Below are positions 51,952-64,000 of a stretch of DNA of 64,000 nucleotides, one piece after another; the stretch's first letter is position 1, and each line of letters opens with the position of its first letter. The position numbers were made by a program, and so were the translations under genes. Below the pieces are notes generated by a model, which saw only the letters and a list, made by a program, of their open reading frames with translations, made no database searches and had not been told where the DNA came from. The stretch comes from Eledone cirrhosa. Lineage: Eukaryota. The DNA is taken from positions 13,144,001 to 13,208,000 of the forward strand of contig OZ024763.1 in assembly GCA_964016885.1 (NCBI GenBank), read 5' to 3'.

Positions 51952-53847
51952 CTTCCCATTGTTGACAGTTCTTCAATTCTGGAACTAATTCTTGGGTTTC
52001 TCTGGAACTTTCTGGAAATGTCCAATTGTTGCTCTTCTGCAGCTCTGTGTCATTTTGTTTCTGCCCCTTCTCATGCCCACCGCCACTCCCACTCACCACA
52101 GCTTCACTCTCTCCACAGTTACTACCACTATTACTACTGTTGTTGTTGTTGTTGTTATTGTTGTTTAGAATGTCAATTTGGGTTTTGATCCCACAAGTGG
52201 AAGACAATTTTGTGGAGTTTGGCTCCTCTAAACCATGTTTGGTCAATATTGTCCCAATACAACCATCAAATATTTCGTTGGTTGCTGGACAAGGCTCAAG
52301 ATTTATCAGAATATGGGAGCTCTTCATCATATTTTCTTGGCCTTCAGATTCCTCTAGAGGGCGCTGTTGATCACAGATTTTGGTTCCTGTAGAACGGCAA
52401 GCAAGAACTGAGCTCATATCAATCGGTATCGAGCCCAAAGTATTCCCTGGTACCATGACCGGGTTAGTTCTAATAATGAATGTCTCTACAGGATATGCTG
52501 CAGTTAGTTCCATAGACAATTCTGATTTCTTCATCAGACCATTGCAGTCTCCGTCATTTTCTTCCTCTGCTTCGTTCGAAATTGAAATCAAACTGCTTGG
52601 TCTAGGCCTAGCAATGGTGTTGCAGTGAGGTGGTTTCGCATGGTAAAAGACACTAGTACATTCCCTTGCTGCATTGTCTGGTGCAATATCGTTAGAAACT
52701 TTGACAGTCGAAATATTTTTCTTCTCTGTAACATATCTATAAATATCTCTGTCCAACTCTGTACAAGACTGATGCGAAACCAAAACATTTTCATGGCAAT
52801 GTCCGACTGACGGTTCCAGTTTGATGTCTGGTTTATGCCTTCCATGTTCTCCCATTGCATTATCTGGCGTAATACCACTAGAACAAGTTCTCTCCTCCGA
52901 AACTCCTCTGACCAACTCTGTAAGATTATCACACTGGTATGATACATTCCCAAGCCTATCACTGATCAAGTATTGAGGTTTTATGTCTACTTTGTGGCTA
53001 ACAGGCTCTCTCGTATCATTATCTACTACAATACGATTAGAACAAGATTCGACAGTCGAAGCAGATACCTTTTCTAAAACGCAGCTATAAATGTCACCGT
53101 CCATCTCAGTACACAATTGCAATGAAAGTGAAACCTTCCCATCACAACTGTCGATAGAGTGCAGTGATTTAATGTCTGTCTTTTCATATCTTGTTGTCTG
53201 GAGATTCCCCTTGCTAAATGGTAAGTTCCCAGAAATTTCCCTGCTACTGTTTATGGAAGAAGATATTTTCACTGTTGCACAGTTAGAGTTGGTAGCAAGT
53301 TTATCAGAACATGTGAAGGAATGTCCTTCATCTGTGGGGTTTCTGGTTTCTGTAGGGTTTGTGGTTTTCGTGGGATCTGTGGGTTTTGTGACTTTTGTGG
53401 GATCTGTAGGGTTTGTGGTTTTTATGGAGTTTGTTATTTCTGTTGGTTTTGAGGGATCTGTGCAGTTTGATGTTTCTGTGGGTTTTGAGGGGTTTGTGGA
53501 AATTGTGAATTTTATGAAACCTGTGGGATTGGAGAATTTTGTGGGTTTTATGTGTTCTGTGGCATTTTGGGATGTTGTGAGTATGGTGGGACTTGGGTGT
53601 TCAGTGGCTATTGTGTATTTTGTGTGTCTGGTGGGTGTTGTGAGTTCTGCGCTACATTGTCGAATGTGTTCTCGGTTGTTATCCTGTTTCTCAGGTTTGT
53701 TGTTGCGGTGGTTTTTCACAGAGAGCTGCCTCCTGATGCCCTCTCTCTGTCTACAGCCAATGGCAACTCCATTCAGTGGGTTAGACAAACACCCTATGGT
53801 CAGTGTGGACACCATGTTCTTCTCTGCTGCTATTGCTGCTGCTTTGC
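51952..53847 (-). CDS. 1.9-kb exon encoding a S/T/N-rich low-complexity region of the Ig-domain protein
   Basis: 623-aa ORF in non-repetitive sequence; TTTTGTTACAG acceptor (phase 1); putative GAAG|GTTGTT donor (weak, phase 1) compatible with the next Ig exon. Confidence 0.7.
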
Positions 53848-54249
53848 CTGTAACAAAACATTAAAAGGAAAGGGTTAAGTTCTGTAGACATTGAAATTCA
53901 TTTTCTTAAAGAAATAACAAGAATGGTGAAGTGCATTAGATGCTGGTGTGTCAGCTCACAGGTTGAGAGTTTATGTATATTATTATAAGATATATAGGCT
54001 CCATATATATATTACGTACACCTACACACATACGCAAACACGACCTTCAGCCTTCCCCGCCTCCCTCGCCCAACTCCACCCACCACCACCCTTACATGCC
54101 TCACACCCTTCCACCACTTGCTCATCTTATTGTTAGTTCTAATGTTTATTTTTACGTTTAATTTAATTTTTATTTTCATTTGTTCTCCTTCCCCCTTTAT
54201 TCTAAATGTATTTCCACACACCCTCGGAACTCTCTTTCTAACCTATTTA

Positions 54250-54280
54250 TCCTGAAGAAGGGCTTATGCCCGAAACGTCG
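54250..54280 (+). ncRNA. Minimal hammerhead core in a pLTR-like element (about 54010-54370)
   Basis: CTGAAGA-AGGGC TTAT GCCC-GAAAC-GTC with palindromic ACGT; 3' strand of stem I replaced by a poly-C run; AATAAA downstream. Confidence 0.55.
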
Positions 54281-54367
54281 CCCCCCCCCCCCCCCCCCAC
54301 TCTCAAGAGCATGAACCTAATAAACCTTTATTTGTCTGTCTCTCTGTTTTGTTCCTATCTAAATTTG

Positions 54368-54420
<53 letters not shown>

Positions 54421-54439
54421 TACATATATATATATAATC

Positions 54440-55020
54440 ATCATCACCATTTTACATCCATTCTTCCAAGCTAGTATGGGTTAGATGGGTTGTCCTGTTG
54501 TGGGCAATGTTAGGTTGGCTGACCTTGTCTTGCTCATACAGGAACTGATTTTGGCTTGATTTCTACAGCTGGATGCCCTTCCTAACACCAACCTCATTTA
54601 CAGTGAGTGCTGGGTGCTTTTTTTCCATGGCACCTACACGACCACTTCACAGTGGTGTCTGGGCACTTTTTTGTCGTGACACCTCCACGACCACTTTGCA
54701 GTGGGATGGGATGGGAGGATATTGTCTATATGCTTCGGCTTCGGCTTGTTCCCGTGGGAAGTTGGGTCTTCAGTATTACTGAAGACGTCAGAGGTCACGG
54801 TTGAGAGGGGCAATTGGGCATGGTCCGCTTTTATCACCTTGTCCCGGGTCTTCTTGGGTCTCCCCACTCCATGGCTTCCATCAACTTTTAGTGCTCTGCA
54901 CCTTTTTATGCAGCTGCCATCCTTCATTTGCATCCTCCTCTCCTGCACACAGTATTTGATTCCTCTTATGCTCAGTCTCTCCCTCAGTTTGTTTATGCTC
55001 TGCCGTTTGCATATACTACT
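54440..55020 (-). mobile_element. RTE LINE 3' fragment
   Basis: RQSINKLRERLSIRGIKYCVQERR...GVGRPKKTRDKVI; tail matches 23180-23510. Confidence 0.85.
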
Positions 55021-55618
55021 AAAACTCTGTGATTGTGTCTTGTCTGTAATGTAATACAGCCAAAACAGCACATAATGGGAAAATACTTTGAAAGGAAGTT
55101 GCCCCTGAAATGGGAATACATATGGGATAAAACAAGTTTCACATAAATCGGAGCAAGGGTACTCGAAATATGGGATTTTTCCAGGTACCTTCATAAATAA
55201 AGAGAGAGAGAAAGAGATAGTGGTTGTGAGAGAGTAGATTGAAAGACATATATAAATATATGTATAATAAACAACACAGTATAATTACCTCATTACCCGA
55301 GGTTTCTCTTGTGTTTGTCTTGTTCGGGAAACCTCGGGTAATGAGGTAATTATACTGTGTTGTTTATTATACATTAAATATTTAGCTCTGTTACTTACAT
55401 AGAGCACTCTTCATTCCTTTTACTTTTTCCACGGAAACTTCAACACCCATATATATATATATATATATATAATATATAGGTAAGTTATTCCGAGTTGAAT
55501 CGGAGGTAAACACAGTAAGTAAGGTACTCAATACATAGAGTATAAAAGTTTTAATATAGATGAGATTCTACAGGACTAGAACTGAAGAATGAAACAGTTC
55601 TAGTCCTGTAGAATCTCA

Positions 55619-55668
<50 letters not shown>

Positions 55669-55740
55669 AATCCAACCCTTGCAGGCAAGGAAAGTGGATG
55701 TTAAATGATGATTATAATTCTTGCTCTCTCTCTAGTCGAT

Positions 55741-56445
55741 AGAAGCCTTGGAGTGGGGAGACCCTAGAAGCCTTAGAGTGGGGGAGACCCTAGAAGCCTT
55801 AGAGTGGGGGAGACCCTAGAAGCCTTAGAGTGGGGGAGACCCTAGAAGCCTTAGAGTGGGGGAGACACTAGAAGCCTTAGAGTGGGGGAGACGCTAGAAG
55901 CCTTGGAGTGGGGGAGACCCTAGAAGCCTTGGAGTGGGGGAGACCCTAGAAGCCTTGGAGTGGGGGAGACCCTAGAAGCCTTGGAGTGGGGGAGACCCTA
56001 GAAGCCTTGGAGTGGGGAGACCCAAGAAGACTTGGGATGAGGTGATGAAAGCTGACCTTGCCCAATTACACCTCTCAAAGGTGACACAAGAGTAAGACCT
56101 ATGTAATACTGAAGATTCGGCTTCCCACAGGTACAAGCTGAAGCTGAAGCATATATACAGTATGTCTCCACCCTCCCCAACTGTAAAGTGGTCGTGTAGA
56201 CATCACGACAAAAAGCACCCAGTCCACACCGTAAAGTAGTCATTTATGCATCACGACAAAAAGCACCCAGCACTCACTGTAAATGAGGTTGGCGTTAGGA
56301 AGGGCATCCAGCTGTAGAAATCAAGCCAAAATCAGTTCTGTATGAGCAAGACATGGTCACCAGACCTAGCATTGCCCAGAACAGGACAACTCGTCTAACC
56401 CATGCTAGCATGGAAAAATGGACGTAAAACGATGATGATGATGAG
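55741..56445 (+). mobile_element. RTE 3' fragment preceded by about 11 copies of a 26-bp unit (AGAAGCCTTAGAGTGGGGGAGACCCT)
   Basis: Array runs directly into GGAGTGGGGAGACCCAAGAAGACTTGGGATGAG (GVGRPKKTWDE). Confidence 0.85.
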
Positions 56446-57000
56446 TGTGTGTGTGTATTGAACAATGAACATTAAACATAAGTCAAAGATAGGTTCTTAA
56501 TTAGTTCACTGTATTACAATTTTACGATCGTTTCAGAGCATTGATTGATCATGGTAAAAATCAATCAACACTCTGAAATGAACGTAAAATAATGGACTAA
56601 TTAAGAACCTATCTTCGACTTTTGTTTTATTTTCATTATTCAATATACGCTAAATCCACTTGTTTTTAGAACGTGTAATTTGACTGCTATTTCTAGCATA
56701 TCAAACAAATGATAAAAAAGGGAAGTAACTCTCCCAAGCAAAACAAAACAATCTACTTATTTCCCTTGTATAATATTTTTTTTAATACGAGGGATTTTAC
56801 TATAGAATAATTCCAGGGAACACCATAAGAATTATAATCAACACCACAGAAGTTTACAATACATACCAATATCGAGTTTTCTTTCTTCAGTGAAACCAAA
56901 ATTCTGTAAAATAAAGAAATATAAAAAATACATGTGTTAACCCTTAATATCCTGTACCACATGAAACCACATTAACAACACATTCTTAAAAAATATATAA

Positions 57001-57390
57001 CAGGGGCAGAGTGTCAGGAATCAGCTCTCCGTAAAAACCCACCGCAACAACAAACCCCGAGAAACAGGATAACAACCCTGAATACATTTGACAATGGAAC
57101 ACAGAACTCACAACATCTACGAAACCCACAAAATACCCAATAACCACAGAGCCAATGCTAGATTTACCATTGTGTTTAGGTATGCTTTAGCACAGGGCCC
57201 CGTTAGTCAGGTAGGGGAGCAATCTTCCTGCCCCAAAATTCTTTTACGATGAATTACCTCCTTCAGGGCCTAAGTAAGGGGCCGCATAACTTAACTAGCA
57301 CAGAGCCTTGTTTATCCTAAATCCGGCACTTCACAGAGCCCTCAATTTCCACAGAATACACAAGTTGCACCACACTTATAACATCTAAAC
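57001..57390 (+). pseudogene. Diverged inverted copy of part of the 1.9-kb exon (about 53570-53750)
   Basis: CAGCTCTCCGTAAAAACCCACCGCAACAACAAACCCCGAGAAACAGGATAACAACC...CAGAACTCACAACA aligns at roughly 80% by eye to the exon sense sequence; interrupted by a MITE. Confidence 0.8.
57153..57331. mobile_element. hAT-type MITE with 8-bp target-site duplication
   Basis: CACAGAGC on both sides (57145-57152, 57332-57339); imperfect TIRs CAATGCTAGATTTA / TAAATCCGGCACTT. Confidence 0.7.
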
Positions 57391-57469
57391 CCCAACAAAA
57401 TACGTGTGTTAACCTTAAATGTCCTGCACCACATGGAACCACATTAACAAGACATTTTCGGAAACTATA

Positions 57470-58400
57470 AAACAGCACTATGTACTCTAATACTGCAGAT
57501 TTTACAACAATCTTTCAATTAGTAAACATACTATAAACATTTGAATTAACAACGTTCTTGAAAAGTCCAAAACAACACTATGACTACATCACATTAAATA
57601 TTAAAGTCTTTACTCTAATACTGTAAGTTTTCACAACAGTCGGTAAAGGTACCGTAAACATTTAGTACAAAACAACACTATACCTACATCACATTACATT
57701 TTCACAACAACCCGTCCACTAGTAAATATACTGTAAACATTTAGTACAAAACACCAACACTATGACTACATCGCATTAAATATTAAAATATTTACTCTAA
57801 TACTGTAAATTTTCCCAACAATGTGTCCACTAGTAAAGATACTGTAAACATTTAGTACAAAACAACACTATGACTACACCACATTAAATATAAAAGTCTT
57901 AACTCTATTACTGCATAGTTTCCCAACAATCTGTCCACTAGTAAAGATACTGTAAACATTTAGTACAAAACAACACTATGACTACACCACATTAAATATA
58001 AAAGTCTTAAGTCTATTACTGCATAGTTTCGCAACAATCTGTCTACTAATAAAGATACTATAAACATTTAGTACAAAACAACACTATGACTACACCACAT
58101 TAAATATAAAAGTATTTACTCTAATACTGTAAATTTTCCCAACAATCTGTCCACTAGTAAAGATACTGTAAACATTTAATACAAAACAACACTATGACTA
58201 CACCACATTAAATATAAAAGTCTTAACTCTATTACTGCATAGTTTCACAACAATCTGTCTATTGATAAAGATACTATAAACATTTAGTACAAAACAATAC
58301 TATGACTGCATCACATTAAATATTAAAGTCTAATACGGTAAATTTTCACAACAATCTGTCCTCTAGTGAATATACTATAAACATTTGAATTAACTAACCA
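57470..58400. repeat. Tandem repeat of about 108 bp, about 8 units
   Basis: AAACATTTAGTACAAAACAACACTATGACTACA recurs at about 108-bp spacing. Confidence 0.9.
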
Positions 58401-58724
58401 CATTAACAAGGCATTCTTGAAAAATAGAAGTATGTATGTATGTTTTTCGGGTTTTATAATTTCACAAATTTTTGCCAATAGAGAGAGAGTCGGTTCCTAA
58501 CATAGACTCTCTCATTGGAATACACATCAACTAGGTAGATATATATGCATGTCTGCATGCATGCATGTGTGTGTGTGAAGCTATGGATGTGTGAATATGT
58601 GTGTTTTGAGGTGTGCATCTGTACATGTGTATATGCAGTTATTAGATGTAGAATTTTTGGAATGTTTTACATATTTTTACTGTTCGATTAATGGACTGGA
58701 CTTGTAATTTCCTAACTAGTCGTG

Positions 58725-58755
<31 letters not shown>

Positions 58756-59231
58756 TGTGTGTTTGTGTGTGTGTGTGCGCTTTTGGGATTGTGCCGAGGT
58801 CTTGTAACTTAGCGGCTCTACAAAAAGAGATCGATAAAATAAGTACCGGAGTTGGGGGTTGAGGCAGTGCTCAGCTTGGCCGTAATCCAATGACTAGGAC
58901 CAGTAAAAAAATTGTATGTACGTATGTATGTATAAGTTTATGTATGTATATGTATGTGTTTATGTATATATAGGTATATGCATGTATGTGTTTAAGTATT
59001 TATTTGTATATATGTATGAATATATGTATATATGTGTGCGTGTATGTGTGTAGGTATTATGTAGGTATGCATAAATGTATGTGTGTATGTGTATGTAGGT
59101 GTATGTATGTAAATAAGACCTATTCACCACTCTAACCAGTAAACAAAGCACTGTAAACCTTGTCACAACTCCCACTAAAACAACTTCCGACCTGTATTAG
59201 CAGTTTACTAAACCAACAATGTAATGGGTGT

Positions 59232-59279
<48 letters not shown>

Positions 59280-59410
59280 GTAAGAGGTGAGTTTTATTGT
59301 CGTACAATAAAGCAATGCAGATATCGGATAAGAAGCACTCTACAGTTTGTAGGACTGGAGTATAAATAATAATATATAAGATCAAAAGATGGTTAAAAGA
59401 GTTCCATGTA

Positions 59411-59477
59411 TTTTATTATGCGCATTTCAAAAACAAATATCATCATGCAATAACATTTGCGTTTTCGTCAGATAAAA
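59411..59477 (-). ncRNA. Type I hammerhead ribozyme (same family as 13925-13991)
   Basis: TTTTAT-CTGACGA-AAACGCAAATGTT..GATATTTGTTTTT-GAAA-TGCGCA-TA-ATAAAA. Confidence 0.8.
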
Positions 59478-59719
59478 TAGGGAGACATGATATGAAGGTT
59501 AAAACACACTTGTGAATATTGCAGTTTTAAATCAACATATGTCTCCCTATTTATATATATATATATGACCGCCTGCATATCAAATGATTTCTACATGGCC
59601 TGTGGATTTTGTCTGAAGAGAACATGCCTTGGCTGATGTTATACATAAGCCTTATATCTTCGAATTATGTATAATAAAATAAATTGGGATGGTCTAAAGT
59701 AACTGTCTTTCGTTTTGGA

Positions 59720-60345
59720 TTGGCACTGTCGGTAGAGGGTCAGACGCCATTCTTTGACGCACTGAGTTACGGCTCTTGCCATTCTGAGTTCAAATCCCGC
59801 CGAGGTTAACTTTGCCTTTCGTCCTTACGGGGTCGATAAAATAAAGTACCAGTAATATACTGGTATAATTGCTGGCCTTGTGCCAATAGTAGAAACAATT
59901 ATTATCAGGTACCCCACCAATCCTGAACGACCCGGGAAGGGCACCCCCCTCTCCTCCTCAAATTCACCAACCTACAGGCGCATGATCTCAGTAGGCCCCC
60001 TCACACGGGCCATTCGCGCCAAATTCACCCACCTTTCAGCAAATGTACTGGGGGGGGGGGCAGTATTTCTCTCTCCACTCTCACCGTCCCTTCCAAGTGA
60101 AACTTGAAAAAGTTGATAATAATTGTTTCTACTTTTAGCACAAGGCCAGCAATTATCCCCAGTGTATTACTGGTACTTTTATTTTATCAAAGTTTAACCT
60201 CACCGAGATTTGCCATTCTGAGCTCAAATCCTGCCGAGGTTAACTTTGCCTTTCATCCTTACGGGGTCGATAAAATAAAGTACCAGTAATACGCTGGGAT
60301 AATTGCTGGCCTTGTGCCAAAAGTAGAAACAATTATTATTATTAT
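59720..60345. mobile_element. SINE family B copies enclosing a third, diverged Tx1/L1 fragment (59907-60117, minus)
   Basis: Minus strand reads INFFKFHLEGTVRVERE...FAERWVNLARMARVRGP, homologous to the end of ORF 3077-3481. Confidence 0.7.
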
Positions 60346-60515
60346 ATATATATAGTTCAAGATAAACACAGGGATAGAATAGCACACACACACACACACA
60401 TACATAAAATCACACATACACACATGTGCGCGCGCGCGCGAAAAGTAAATGGTTAAACAACATGGGAAAACGATACAGAACAAGATTTGTTTTTATGCAT
60501 GATACACACATATAT

Positions 60516-60555
<40 letters not shown>

Positions 60556-60851
60556 CTATATACATTTATATACACACACATATATACACGTACATATATA
60601 TATATATATATATATATACACACCTATATACATTTATATACACACACATATATACACGTACATATATATAAACATATACATAGATATATACACACACACA
60701 CACACAAGATTATCTGACAATATGAATTAATGTGTAACTGCGCAGGTGAAACACGGCTCACTAATTAGTTATAATAAATGAATATTTAAACTCTCCTTCA
60801 GTATTGAGTACTTTTTCTCACGACTGGATGCACACACACACGCGTATATAA

Positions 60852-60882
<31 letters not shown>

Positions 60883-61007
60883 GGGCGTTCCCAAAACTGT
60901 ATACACACTTCAACAACAATCTAATAAATATTACTTGTACAGGTAATAAAAGTTTGTATACATTTTTTTAGGGGGGAGGGGACACCCTGTATGTATGTAT
61001 GTATGTA

Positions 61008-61079
<72 letters not shown>

Positions 61080-61195
61080 CAAAGAGATATTTAATTTGTT
61101 GATAATTCCACAAATCTATTTATATTTCCAAAAGGAACTTGAACCGTTAAGGTCCGAATTATGGATATGTCAATATTTATAAAACAAACTTTGTA

Positions 61196-61252
61196 TTTTA
61201 TCTGATGAGAGCGTACGAAAGTTTTGGTACCCTTGAAATATATATAATAGAA
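61196..61252 (+). ncRNA. Minimal type I hammerhead ribozyme
   Basis: TTTTAT-CTGATGA-GAGCGTAC..GTACCCTT-GAAA-TATATA-TA-ATAGAA; palindromic loop III. Confidence 0.7.
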
Positions 61253-61510
61253 TAAATATGGTTTTATAAATAAATATAGTTTCCATTTATTAATATCATT
61301 GAATATTTATACTCCAGAAAACCTCTCGAGTGCTTCGAATCAGTTATAAACATTTATATTTGTTGAATAACCAACAAATTAAATATCCCTTTGCTTAAAT
61401 ATATGTAAATATATATATATATATATATATATAACGAAGGAAATGTGGTAAGGAACCAGGTGGACCATAACGCACCAAAGTACTCAATACTTAGGGTAGT
61501 AGAGTGGGTA

Positions 61511-61617
61511 ATAGGAACGAGTAGGACTCCGACGGCTGAGCTCAAGCCGTTTCGACGGCTAATTCTGGAATTAGCCGTCGAAACGGCTTGAGCTCAGCCG
61601 TCTGGGTCCTACTCGTT

Positions 61618-61622
<5 letters not shown>
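61511..61622. repeat. Palindrome with hammerhead 3' half (GAAAC-GGC..GCC-GTC)
   Basis: Arms are reverse complements around AATTC-TG-GAATT; related fragment at 61780-61815. Confidence 0.75.
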
Positions 61623-61681
<59 letters not shown>

Positions 61682-61844
61682 TAAACACACCTATATTGTT
61701 GAATCAACTATTAATAGATAAGTTGCATCAGATTCTAAAACACATACAAATATATATAAATACAATATCGGAAGTAGCTGTTGAAACGGCAAGAGCTCAG
61801 CTGTCGGGGTCCTGACTCTTTATAATACACACACACACATATAC

Positions 61845-61897
<53 letters not shown>

Positions 61898-62221
61898 TGT
61901 GTATGTATTTGTGTGTTTACACTAATATAATCGTAAATACACATTAGCGATAACACTTCGTCTTTATTTTGAACTACGCTATGTTAGTGCTACCGCTAAT
62001 AGACATACGGTATTTTAGTATGGAACGACAAGTGGCACTAACGTAACGTGGTGTATAACTAGAGTGTATATAACAGCAGTGACACGGATGTATATAACAG
62101 GAATATATATATAACACCAGCTTATATATAACAAAGTATATACAATATTACGATTTTATTGAGTCATTTGGACGGTTTGAAATTTGAAAATGTTGAGATA
62201 CAAACAATGCCGGGTGGTTTA

Positions 62222-62776
62222 TGATTTAGGCACGAAGCCAATAATTGTAGAGAGAGGGGAAAGTTGATTAAATCGACCCCAGTGTATTACTGGTAGTTTA
62301 TTTTATCGACCACGTAAGGATGAAAGGTAAAGTTAACCTCGGTGGTATTTGAAATAATAATGATAATAATTGTTGCTACTTAAGGCACAAGGCCAGCAAG
62401 TTGAAGGGAAGGGGAAAGTCGATTATATCGAACCAGTGTATTACTGGTACTTTATTTTATCGATGAAAGGATGAAAAGCAAAGCTAACCACGGCGGTATT
62501 TGAAACGACAATGATAATAGTAATTTTAAATCGATCGGCAAAATGCCAGACCCAATTCTCTTACTGAGTGAGATGTAACCCGTCAAATCGGACCGAGGAA
62601 ACAATGTTTCCATTGGTCCTTCCATTGCAGATACTATCTACCGGTCACAACTCCAGACAGAAACAGGAACATGGAATATATTGCCTTGCTCAAGGACATA
62701 ACGCATCGTCCGGTCCGGGAATCGAATTCGCAACCTTACGATTGCGAATCCGACCCGCTAACCACTAAGCCAAGCG
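62222..62776 (-). mobile_element. Two SINE B fragments and a tRNA-headed SINE, minus strand
   Basis: Reverse-complement Meta-like domain twice; TGGCTTAGTGG and GAATTCGATTCCC boxes on the minus strand at 62715-62775. Confidence 0.7.
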
Positions 62777-62894
62777 TTAGAAAATCGTATAATTGTACTC
62801 GATTTTCAAACGCTAAAGGTAAGGTACTTTGAGTGGAATCCGAGAGATAGATTTCAATACTTAGCAGTGGTTGCTGGCTCCTTATTTCCCGTCC

Positions 62895-63179
62895 TTAACC
62901 CTTTAGCATTCACATTACTCTATATCTACTATTATATTTTTGTAGTAAAGGCTTTATCCCACATAATATCGAATCTATGAGATATTGATATTATTTATTT
63001 TGAGAAAGTACCAGTAATGCACTGGTTAATTGCTGGCCTTGTGCCTAAAGTAGAAACAATTATTTATTTTGAGAACTATACTTTAACGTCAGTATAAGCG
63101 GCCGGTTACGACAGGTTTGAACAGAAAGAGGTAACAGAATTCTGGCCAGATACGGCCTGTTTAAATGCTAAAGGGTTAA
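62895..63179. mobile_element. piggyBac-type MITE with nested SINE B 3' fragment
   Basis: TTAACCCTTTAGCATT...AATGCTAAAGGGTTAA; nested piece flanked by duplicated TATTTATTTTGAGAA. Confidence 0.8.
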
Positions 63180-63499
63180 AGGTAATCTAATGCGATTTTC
63201 TAATGCTTTCCAGCACGGACGCCATACTTTCGAGCATAGTTACGTCCCTTTACGGTCTGAGTTCAAATCCCGCCGAGGTTCACTTTGCCTTTCATCCTTA
63301 CGGGGTCGATAAAATAAAGTACCAGTAATACACTGGGGTAATTGCTGGCCTTGTGCCAAAAGTAGAAACAGTTGTTACCACTATTACTGTAGCGACTCTG
63401 TGTTTACATATACGATGTATATGTAATATAAACATATGTGGGTCTCGCTATGATTTGTTGCTTTTTCTTAAGTTATGTTAAAGATGTGATCATGTCATG

Positions 63500-64000
63500 T
63501 ACCAGAGTCGCGTACGAGGGGTCGGTTCCCTCCGTCAGAACCCTCTGGAAGGCTTGACTGAGGACCTCCCACGACACACACACACACACACACACGACTT
63601 ACCCCGGAAATAAGCGGGCGAAGAAGAAGTAGAAAAAGAAAACGAAGAAGAAGAAGAAGGTATAAACCAAGGTGAATCTAACCTGTGTTGTGGTATTTTC
63701 CCGGAAGTGAACCAGAGATGTCGCCGTCCACGTTGTCGTCTCCGAGGTCGGACGAGACTCGGGAGAAACGAAACCGACATGTCTCGCCCGTCTCGCCGCT
63801 GGAGAAGACGATGACGACGCCGCCGCCGCCGCCCCATTGCCATGGAAACCGTAGTTAAGCCTACAGGAGATGGAGGTTTTCGGCATGCCGCGTCCTACCC
63901 CACCACACAAACTGGGTGGAACGCTGTCTGCACCGCCCCACCACCTCAACTATACATCTGTGCCGCCCTTCTACAGCGTTTCAGCGTGTCAGGGTATCCA
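63500..64000. promoter_or_regulatory. GC/CpG-rich island, probable 5' end of the minus-strand gene
   Basis: Abrupt rise in GC and CpG against the AT-rich background; (GCC)n run; canonical donor within it. Confidence 0.55.
63603..63843 (-). CDS. Putative first coding exon (MAMGRRRRRR...PAYFR|G, phase 1)
   Basis: Consensus GG|GTAAGT donor at 63602; this frame is phase-compatible with the 53847 acceptor. Start codon and frame uncertain. Confidence 0.4.

Noticed and set aside
63599-63949. Hydrophobic frame (MPKTSISC...FFFARLFPG) as the first exon
   Set aside because: It ends in phase 2, incompatible with the phase-1 acceptor at 53847 unless an unseen exon intervenes; the Phe run may simply reflect a (TTC)n repeat.

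Overview
Eukaryotic, AT-rich DNA saturated with microsatellites and retroelements; the repeat landscape (tRNA-derived SINEs, RTE LINEs, Penelope-like remnants in (TA)n) suggests a cephalopod/octopus genome (inference). One host gene can be assembled by eye on the minus strand from phase-compatible GT-AG exons: a CpG-rich putative first exon (63843-63603), a 1.9-kb low-complexity exon (53847-51952), two Ig I-set exons (50677-50378, 47819-47532) and a 5.9-kb exon of nested 9-, 13- and 15-aa tandem repeats (42558-36629), with weaker candidate exons downstream. The rest is mobile DNA: a 5'-truncated RTE LINE with a PHD finger, many RTE 3' tails that have seeded satellites, Tx1/L1 and R4/Dong fragments in microsatellites, Penelope-like fragments, SINEs, and piggyBac-, hAT- and Tc1-type MITEs. 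Three observations stand out: (i) many sequence-distinct minimal hammerhead ribozyme motifs, often in long palindromes; (ii) an intronic inverted copy of a coding exon segment that could fold back on it in the pre-mRNA (candidate A-to-I editing complementary sequence); (iii) about 500-bp inverted repeats bracketing the giant repeat exon. All coordinates were read manually and may be off by a few bases.
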